Positions 56,905-64,000 of a stretch of DNA of 64,000 nucleotides are shown one piece after another; the first letter of the stretch is position 1, and each line of letters opens with the position of its first letter. The DNA is from Deltaproteobacteria bacterium. GTDB lineage: Bacteria; Myxococcota_A; Polyangia; Fen-1088. A program made the position numbers and the translations under genes. The notes beneath the pieces were generated by a model. The model was not told the DNA's origin. It did not search any database and worked only from the letters and a program-made list of their open reading frames with translations. Location: contig JANRKS010000032.1 in the NCBI GenBank assembly GCA_033763315.1, forward strand, positions 192,001 through 256,000, written 5' to 3'.

Positions 56905-57672
56905 TCAGAAGGCTTTGGACTGCCCGCCGTCAACCGGGATGCATGCCCCCACCACCCAAGCGGCGCGGGGCGAAGCCAAGAACGTCACGACGTTTGCCAA
57001 TTCTTCCGGGGTGCCAAAGCGGCCGCCCGGGATCTCTTTCGCCACGAACTCAGCGATGCCCTGCGGATCGGCGTTGCGCCGCCGCTCCCAGCCGCCGCCT
57101 GGAAACAAGATCGAGCCAGGCGCCACACAACAAACACGCACGCCTTGGGCGATGAGATCGCGAGCCATGCTTTTGCTCAAACTAACCACAGCGGCCTTGG
57201 CCGCGTTGTAGCCCGGTGCACCGCCTGATTCGCGCCCCCAGATGGAAGCGATGTTCACAATCGCGCTGCCAGACGGCATAAGCGGCAAGCACGCCTTGGA
57301 CGTGCGCATGGTGCTCCACAGGTTGCGTTCAAGCGCCTGTTGCAGGTCGGCGTCGTCCATCTCGGCGAACGTGCGCGCGCCCGATCCACCCACGTTGTTG
57401 ACCAGCACGTGCACTTGCCCACCCCATGTGGCGGCCGCGCGCGCCACCCCGTTGGCGCCGTCAATCGTACTGACGTCGGCAACCACGCTTGTGATATTGG
57501 CTTCCCCGAACGCGGCGACGGCGGCTGCGTGCGTTTGGGCCAACGCATCGCCACCGCGCGCGCACAAAACAACGCGGCAACCTTCTTGCGCCAACCCCCA
57601 CGCGATGGCGCGGCCCAAGCCCTTGCTTGAGCCCGTCACCACAGCCACCTTACCGGCCAAACCTAAATCCAT
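56905..57672 (-). CDS. SDR family oxidoreductase
   Basis: TGSSKGLG, LVNNVG, YNAAK. Confidence 0.92.
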   Translation of the reverse strand: MDLGLAGKVAVVTGSSKGLGRAIAWGLAQEGCRVVLCARGGDALAQTHAAAVAAFGEANITSVVADVSTIDGANGVARAAATWGGQVHVLVNNVGGSGARTFAEMDDADLQQALERNLWSTMRTSKACLPLMPSGSAIVNIASIWGRESGGAPGYNAAKAAVVSLSKSMARDLIAQGVRVCCVAPGSILFPGGGWERRRNADPQGIAEFVAKEIPGGRFGTPEELANVVTFLASPRAAWVVGACIPVDGGQSKAF

Positions 57673-57724
57673 ACGCAGCGATTACCGCCTGGTGGCCATG
57701 GGTGCAAGCCGCGCCTAATGGGCG

Positions 57725-59206
57725 CTATTCTGGATCGAAGCGATAGACGTTGCCGAACAGGTCGAGAACGTAAAGCTCGCCCATCGCGTCTTCGCCAAAC
57801 CCGGTGATGCCCTGCAACGGTGTGGCGTTGGACTTAAGGTCGCTTGTTAGATCACGCTCACAGGTGCTCTTGCCCTTGTCCACCACCAGCGACATGACCT
57901 GGTTCTTGGCGTGATCGGCGTAGATGTAGCGGCCGTTGAGCGTTTGGATCTTCTGGCCGCGGTACACGAAGCCGCCGATCACCGCGCGCGAGCAATCAGC
58001 GTTGGTGCCACCCGAGCAGGCTTTCCCCATCATCATGTAGGAGGCCGGATCCGTCATGACGCCGGTACCATCGTGGAAGTAGCTGACCAGCGGCTTGTCC
58101 GCGGTTCGTTCGCAAGCGATCGGGATGAACCAAGGGAAGCAGCGGTCGCCTTCGAGAAACGCCCAACCCCAGTTGTGCCCTGTGGTGCCGGCGGCGGCAT
58201 AATTGATCTCCTCCCAACTCGCTTCGCCAACGTCTCCAAAGTAAAGATCGCCGGTGACTCGATCAAAGCTGCCACGGAAGGGGTTCCTCACGCCGAGGGC
58301 CCACACGTGAATGTCGCCATCGGGAAAATTGCCGGCCGGGCGCACGGTGGGCTTGTCCACATCAATGCGGAGAATCTTGCACAGGGGCTCTTTGGGATCT
58401 TGGCAAACGCCTGACTTCATCGTCTTGCTGGGCCCATCCCAGGAACCATAGCCATCGCGGCCAGCGTCGCCTGTGCCGGCGTACAGCATCCCGTCGGGGC
58501 CAAAGGTCAAAAAGCCGCCGTTGTGAAAGTCATCGTAGTCATGGCGAACCACCTTCAGAGCCTTGGTTGCCGCTTCGGCCTTGTTCGGATCTGCCGCGGA
58601 TCGTTTGCCTTCCGCAATGACGATGTCGCCCGCGTTGCCCTGCGAATACATATCGTTCCCGCGTCGCGTGTAGAAGATGAAGAAGCGCCCGTTGTCTTTG
58701 TACTGAGGGTGGAACGCCAGGCCCAAGAGGCCGCGCTCGTTGTCACCTGCGGGTGGTACCACGCTGGCACGGTTGTCGAAGAACGGCGCATCAACGAGTT
58801 TGTTGTTCTGGAAGATCCGAATGCGGCCCGCTCGTTCAACGATGTACAGGCGATCGTCGCCCTGCGGTTGCGACAACGCCATGGGCGTATCCACCGTTGT
58901 GATCCGGGTGAGCTTCAACTTCGGCGGATCGCATGCGGCCAGGGGTGGGCTGACGTTGGCGTCCATTTTCACGCCCGCGTCGCCGGGGCTGCCGCCTTGC
59001 TGCGGCGCCACACCGCCACCGCCGGCTTTGCCGCCAGTGCCGCCACGGCCGCCGTCGGCGTTGCCTCCCATTTGGGTGGCGCCGCCGTCGCCCGAGCCAG
59101 CCTCGCCGCCGGCGTTGTCGGTGTCACTGCTTTGGTTGCTTTGGCAGCCCCACGCTAGGGCTGCACAGGTCACGACGGTCCAAACCGGGGCGCGAAGGTA
59201 CATCAT
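57725..59206 (-). CDS. PQQ-dependent glucose/sorbosone dehydrogenase family lipoprotein
   Basis: Lipobox AWGC, Gly-rich linker, ERGLLGLAFHP, HNGG, GVRNPFR, GDVG...EEIN, NWGW. Confidence 0.9.
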   Translation of the reverse strand: MMYLRAPVWTVVTCAALAWGCQSNQSSDTDNAGGEAGSGDGGATQMGGNADGGRGGTGGKAGGGGVAPQQGGSPGDAGVKMDANVSPPLAACDPPKLKLTRITTVDTPMALSQPQGDDRLYIVERAGRIRIFQNNKLVDAPFFDNRASVVPPAGDNERGLLGLAFHPQYKDNGRFFIFYTRRGNDMYSQGNAGDIVIAEGKRSAADPNKAEAATKALKVVRHDYDDFHNGGFLTFGPDGMLYAGTGDAGRDGYGSWDGPSKTMKSGVCQDPKEPLCKILRIDVDKPTVRPAGNFPDGDIHVWALGVRNPFRGSFDRVTGDLYFGDVGEASWEEINYAAAGTTGHNWGWAFLEGDRCFPWFIPIACERTADKPLVSYFHDGTGVMTDPASYMMMGKACSGGTNADCSRAVIGGFVYRGQKIQTLNGRYIYADHAKNQVMSLVVDKGKSTCERDLTSDLKSNATPLQGITGFGEDAMGELYVLDLFGNVYRFDPE

Positions 59207-59398
59207 GCGGTTCCTCTTGGTGATGTCGTTGCCGTTTCCCAAGGCCACCCACCCGCCAGTTGCAACGGGCTAAGTCTACATGCCAAAGGCCACGATGGGT
59301 CTATCTTGTAGGATCTTCTGCTGGTCATGGCGCCGCCCTGACGCGGTTGTTCGTGGCCGCCATCACGCTTGGGGCCTGTTTGGCACCATGGGCATATC

Positions 59399-62300
59399 CT
59401 ATCTGACTTGTTCCAAGAGCGCTTCAGCCTCTTTGAGCTTGGGATCTTCTTGGAGGGCGCGCTTGGCGAAAATCAACGCGCGCTGTCGGTCCCCATTTTT
59501 GGCTGCGATTCGTGCCTGGCGGAAGAAGCTCACGGCCACGGGCATGGGTCCGTCTGGGGAATTGAGGCTAATGGCGCGCAACGCCTTGAGCGCGGCATCG
59601 TCATCGCCCAGTGATTCGGCCAAATCAGCCAGTTCCGCAGCCACCACTCCATTGCGCCGATCGGCATCAAGCGCGCGTTTGAGAACGGCCAGTTGATTCT
59701 CAGTGTCGCCCGCCCCACCCGCCGCACGTGCCATGCGGTGGTAAAGCGCGCACACTTCGCCTCCGTCCATGCCGCGTCCATCACCCACCAACCGCTCGAG
59801 CAGTTTATAAGCTTGTGCGTATTGCCCCGTGGCCAGCAACGTGTCGGCCAACAAACGCTGCACGGTGCGATCCTCAGGACGCAACGCAAACGCCTTGTTG
59901 ATCGCATCCACCGCGGCCTCAGGCGCACCATCTTGCAAGAAGATGTCAGCGCCTTCCGTAAGCGCCGCCAATCGCTCCTCTTCGTTGTCCAAGGTTTCGG
60001 CAGCGGCGATGCGCATCTCAGCCACCTTGCGCTTGTTGCCTGACTGTTCGTAAAGGTTACTGAGAATGTTCAACACAGCGGGTTGGCCAGGGTGATCCGC
60101 CAGCACCGCTTCAAGAGATGGCACCGCGTCTGCGGGGCGGCCCAACAATTCACACGCGTGTGCCAAGCCCAAAGCCGCCTCGACACGTGCTTCACCGCTT
60201 TCCATCCCCACCAATCGTTGGCACACCTGCGCCACTTCTTCCCAGCGCTCGTCGCCTTCAAAGCGATTGCGCAAGGCCTGCAGCGCGGCTTTGTCTTCTG
60301 GATGATTGTCCACCCAACGGAAAAGCAACTCCTGCGCCTTTTCGCCGTTGCCTTGCAAGCTGAACACTTCGGCCACGCGAAGCATCGCCTTGCGTTCACC
60401 TTCAACGTCATCGGCATCAGCCGCGCGGGACGCGAGCAAGAACAACGCATCGGTTAACTCTTCGCCCACCTGCACACCCGCGATGGCAAACGCTGCTTCC
60501 AAGTCGGCCACCGCAGCCACAGGGTTGTTGGCCTCAGAATGCAGATCCGCGCGCAAACGATAAAGCCCGACGCGCGCGTCGTCGGTCAAACCAGGCTTCA
60601 ATACCGCCTGCCCAACGACATCCAGCGCTCCGGCGGAATCGCCCATTTCACGTAAGCACGCTGCCAGCTCACGCACTTGTTCAATGTCAGAGGAGCCAAG
60701 CGCGGCCGCTTTTTTCAGCAACTCTGCGGCGCCCGCCTTGTCCAATAACTTTTCCCGGCGCGTGGCCGCCGCCCGGCGCAACAAAGCCGCTGCGTCTTCA
60801 GGGCGCTCCGTTGCACGGCGGGTGGCTTCGGTGTCCATCAAATCCGCCCAAGCGTCCCAGTTTTGTTCGTTTTCAAGCAGCGCTGCCAGACGATCGAAGA
60901 TTTCGGGATTGGCTGGGGCAAGCTTGCGCCCGACGTTCAGCAGACGCCGCTCGGCAGCCGCATCGCCCATGTCACGATACATCGTGGCGATGAACAAAGC
61001 GCGCGTGGCCGCGGCTTCGCCGGTTTCGCCAGCAAGCAGCTCCTCGGCCAAGGCCGCGCGCTCTTCGCGTTCGTCTTCATCGAGAAGATCCAGAAGGCTC
61101 TTCTGCAGGGAAAGCTTCAACGCTGGATCGGGAATGTTCGAGGACAACGCTTGTCGATACACCTGCTTGGCTTGCGCGGGATCGGCTTTGCGCAGCAGAT
61201 CGCCCAACCGCCGGGAGGTCTCCGCTTGCCAATCGGCGTCGCCACGTGACTCGGCTTCGCGAAGTGAATCCGAAAGCAATGCCACCGCTTCGGACACATC
61301 CCCTCGGCGTTCATGTATTTCGGCCAACGCCATCAAGGCTTCTCTGTGCCCAGGCTCTTCGAGCAAGATGTCGCGCAAAACGGAAGCGGCTTCTTGTTCA
61401 TCGCCAGCGTTTTGCATCAGGTGGCGCGCCCACAACAGACGCACGCGGATGCGATCATTGCGATCCAACAGCTTCTCGAGCGTGTCAGACACAACGGTGC
61501 GCAGGTGGTCTTCGTTGCCCAGCTGGCTGTAAAGCTCGATCAGTGGTTGCCACAGCTCTTTGTCGCTCGGGTTGCGTGCGCGCAAGTATTCGTAGACCTC
61601 CGTTGCCAACATGGCGCCATTGGTCTGGTGCGCGGCTTCGCGGGCCACGTCGCGCAGCAAAGCGGGAATGCGCGGGCTGTCTGAGTTCTCGGCCGCTTCT
61701 TTGAGCCACTTGAAGGCGCTTCGCAAATCGCCTGACGCACGTTTGCGTTGGGCAAGATCAAGCAGCGCCCACGCCGCTTCGCGTGCTTGGCCCCGTTGTT
61801 CGGCCAGCAGCACGGCGCGTTCGAGCAGGCGTTCAGCGCGCGCGCTTTCGCCCATCGACAAGGCCAGCTCCACGGCTTCGCTCACTTCTTGTTGGGTGAC
61901 TTCTTTGCCGGCGGCGCGCCGTTCAAGGAAGTCCAGCAGCATGTGGTCGTCGCCTGAGGCGCGCGCCACCCGTTCATAAAGCGGCATGACCCGAGGCAGC
62001 TCATCCTCTGGAACCTGGGCCGCCTGCACGATGGCTTGCGCACGTGCGAAATCAGGCGATTTATCGAGCGCCGCCGACAACGTTTCAAGCCCGATGAGTC
62101 GCGTTTGGGCCGAGCGAAGTTGCAGCTCAGCCAATTTGAAGGAGATCTCTGCCTGCTCGCTCGGGGCTGTGGTGGTCTCGGCCAACTTCGCCAGCTCACG
62201 CAAAGCGCGGCTTTCTTCGGCTTTGTCTTTGCGGCTGGCCGCCACACGCGCGATCGCCACCAACACTTCCAACATGCGGTTGCCGGTCTGTTCGGCGCGC

Positions 62301-64000
62301 GTGTAAAAGGCGGCTGCCTTTTCGAGATCCTTAAGGTCTTCTTCGGCCACCGTGCCCGCGCGCAGCAGCAGCTCGCACACGCGTTCGCCATCGTCGCGGC
62401 GGCGCATTTGATCGAGCGCCTCTTCCACCAAACGTAGATAGCGCCGCGGATCGTTCATGGCCGATGCGATCTGCCGCCCGAGGTTGTGCGCTTCGGCCAA
62501 GTCAGGGGCTTTGTCTAAAGCCAGCGCGATGGCAGCGATCGCTTCTTCTGGACGCGAAAGTTCGTCGAACAAACGCGCCTTGTCGCACATCACCAGCGCT
62601 TCGTCGGCGCCTGTAGATGCGGCCGCCGCGCGACGTTCGATCAAATCTGCCGCGCGATCGATCTCACCACGGCGCACAAACGCCTTTTGCAAGCGGTGCG
62701 CTTCGTCGACGCTTTGGAGGGCCGCCGCCATCGCCGAGTCGAGGCGCTCTGCCGCTGCGGCTTCGTCTCCACGTTTGGCCGCCACAGACGAAAGCCGCAG
62801 CAAAGTCTCCGCCGCAGAGATGGGCGCCACCGCTGGGTCCGATCGGCGGGCCAACACGAGCAACGCTTGGTACGCACGTTCGGCGCGATCGAATGCGCCT
62901 GCCAATTCAGCCGTTTCGGCCAAGTCAACGAGGATGTCTTGCGCGCCTACGTCCATCGCGGCGGCCTGATCCAAGTGCTCGATTGCAGCGTTAAGGTCGT
63001 TGTCCGCGCGCGCCACCAAGGCCAACTGGTGGTGGATCGCGGCGCGCTCTTTTGACCTGCGACGGCCCATCTCTTCCAGCAAAGCTTCAAGGATGGCCCG
63101 CGCTTCGGCGTTGCGGCCCGCCACGCGCAGCCCTTCAGCCAAGCGCGTCCGCACCCAACGGTCGCCAGGGAGACGTTCGACCGCCATTTGCAGTACCGGC
63201 ACGGCGCGTTCTGGTTGCGACAACTTGTCTTGATAGATCGCAGCCGCTTCACGCGCGTACGCCAACACAACTTCGTCGTTGGCATCCGCGTGACAGCCTT
63301 CGGCCAAAGCCTGCGCCAAAGGTTCCCAAGCCTGCGCTTCGCGGTACGTGGCGAGCAGTTGTTCGCGCAACGCATGTGCCCGCGGGGCCTCGGCCAGCGT
63401 GCGTTCCATGCTGCCGATCGCGCGGTGACGTTGGCCACTGGCCAGGTAGGCGTGCGCCAAACGCAAGGTCACGTCCACGCGATCTTTTCCCACGGCGCTG
63501 GTCAGTCGCTGTTCCAGCCAGCCCGCGGCCGCCCGGTGTTCTGCGCGTTCTGTGCATAACCGTGCCAACGAATCCAGCGCTTCCGACGTGGGCGCCAGTG
63601 CCACCATCTTTTCGTAGCTGCTCAAGGCACGTGGCACGTCTTGTAGGTGGCGTTCCGCCAGAACCGCCACGCGACCCCATAGCGGTGCTGCGTTTTGTAC
63701 CTGCCCACGATCTTCAAGTGTCTTGGCCTGCGTGGTGAGTATGTCGGCCAATTCTGTGTATTGACCTTTGGCTGCCAGCAGATCGCCAAGCGCGGTCAAG
63801 GTGCGTTCATCGCCGGGCGCGTCTTCGAGGTTCGCCATCAGCGTGTTCACGCGCGCGCTGCGCGCTTCGATGAGACCAGCCACACGTGACATCTCTAGAC
63901 GCAAAGCCAAGCGCTCGGGCAGCGGCAGATCAAGCGTCAGCTCTCGGCGGCGCAGGGCAATCAGCTCGCTTAGCAAGTCTGCCTCTTCGAGCAGCTCTGC
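59399..64000 (-). CDS. Giant TPR-repeat protein (AgmK-like by analogy); 5' end outside the window
   Basis: More than 1500 aa of continuous TPR-like helical repeats; the frame is open to the window edge. Confidence 0.82.
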   Translation of the reverse strand, partial: AELLEEADLLSELIALRRRELTLDLPLPERLALRLEMSRVAGLIEARSARVNTLMANLEDAPGDERTLTALGDLLAAKGQYTELADILTTQAKTLEDRGQVQNAAPLWGRVAVLAERHLQDVPRALSSYEKMVALAPTSEALDSLARLCTERAEHRAAAGWLEQRLTSAVGKDRVDVTLRLAHAYLASGQRHRAIGSMERTLAEAPRAHALREQLLATYREAQAWEPLAQALAEGCHADANDEVVLAYAREAAAIYQDKLSQPERAVPVLQMAVERLPGDRWVRTRLAEGLRVAGRNAEARAILEALLEEMGRRRSKERAAIHHQLALVARADNDLNAAIEHLDQAAAMDVGAQDILVDLAETAELAGAFDRAERAYQALLVLARRSDPAVAPISAAETLLRLSSVAAKRGDEAAAAERLDSAMAAALQSVDEAHRLQKAFVRRGEIDRAADLIERRAAAASTGADEALVMCDKARLFDELSRPEEAIAAIALALDKAPDLAEAHNLGRQIASAMNDPRRYLRLVEEALDQMRRRDDGERVCELLLRAGTVAEEDLKDLEKAAAFYTRAEQTGNRMLEVLVAIARVAASRKDKAEESRALRELAKLAETTTAPSEQAEISFKLAELQLRSAQTRLIGLETLSAALDKSPDFARAQAIVQAAQVPEDELPRVMPLYERVARASGDDHMLLDFLERRAAGKEVTQQEVSEAVELALSMGESARAERLLERAVLLAEQRGQAREAAWALLDLAQRKRASGDLRSAFKWLKEAAENSDSPRIPALLRDVAREAAHQTNGAMLATEVYEYLRARNPSDKELWQPLIELYSQLGNEDHLRTVVSDTLEKLLDRNDRIRVRLLWARHLMQNAGDEQEAASVLRDILLEEPGHREALMALAEIHERRGDVSEAVALLSDSLREAESRGDADWQAETSRRLGDLLRKADPAQAKQVYRQALSSNIPDPALKLSLQKSLLDLLDEDEREERAALAEELLAGETGEAAATRALFIATMYRDMGDAAAERRLLNVGRKLAPANPEIFDRLAALLENEQNWDAWADLMDTEATRRATERPEDAAALLRRAAATRREKLLDKAGAAELLKKAAALGSSDIEQVRELAACLREMGDSAGALDVVGQAVLKPGLTDDARVGLYRLRADLHSEANNPVAAVADLEAAFAIAGVQVGEELTDALFLLASRAADADDVEGERKAMLRVAEVFSLQGNGEKAQELLFRWVDNHPEDKAALQALRNRFEGDERWEEVAQVCQRLVGMESGEARVEAALGLAHACELLGRPADAVPSLEAVLADHPGQPAVLNILSNLYEQSGNKRKVAEMRIAAAETLDNEEERLAALTEGADIFLQDGAPEAAVDAINKAFALRPEDRTVQRLLADTLLATGQYAQAYKLLERLVGDGRGMDGGEVCALYHRMARAAGGAGDTENQLAVLKRALDADRRNGVVAAELADLAESLGDDDAALKALRAISLNSPDGPMPVAVSFFRQARIAAKNGDRQRALIFAKRALQEDPKLKEAEALLEQVR

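Noticed and set aside
1-64000. rRNA, tRNA, IS elements, prophage or integrase genes
   Set aside because: I saw no recognisable motifs, and the intergenic gaps are short. A covariance-model scan would be needed to exclude small RNAs.

Overview
A 64-kb piece of a GC-rich bacterial chromosome. The gene content (Cys-rich lipoproteins, TPR/PEGA protein, Cys-rich VWA lipoprotein, giant TPR protein, Cys-repeat Pal) points to a myxobacterium (Myxococcota); that is an inference. About 50 CDSs are present. I saw no rRNA, tRNA, CRISPR array, transposase or integrase. Housekeeping genes are pal-cpoB, ftsH, sucAB, galK, a beta-CASP nuclease and a MacAB-like ABC exporter. They alternate with compositionally atypical blocks at about 12.4-22.9 kb and 39-45 kb, plus two toxin-antitoxin (TA) modules. 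Main signals: (1) An orphan PhoB-type regulator has 11-bp-periodic pho-box-like arrays before itself and before a tonB-exbB-exbD-exbD-TBDR-beta-helix lipoprotein operon. (2) A 21-bp stretch of that operon's array recurs, 19/21 identical, before a TPR/PEGA gene and a giant Cys-repeat lipoprotein gene 14 kb away, suggesting one regulon that joins uptake and surface-display genes. (3) A translationally coupled pair, membrane-anchored helper plus Cys-repeat lipoprotein, occurs twice. (4) The TBDR gene appears mosaic. (5) The HepT toxin has an in-frame TAA before its last helix. (6) Many genes look leaderless. Several ORF-track starts were revised from motifs. All family assignments are by eye, not from database searches.
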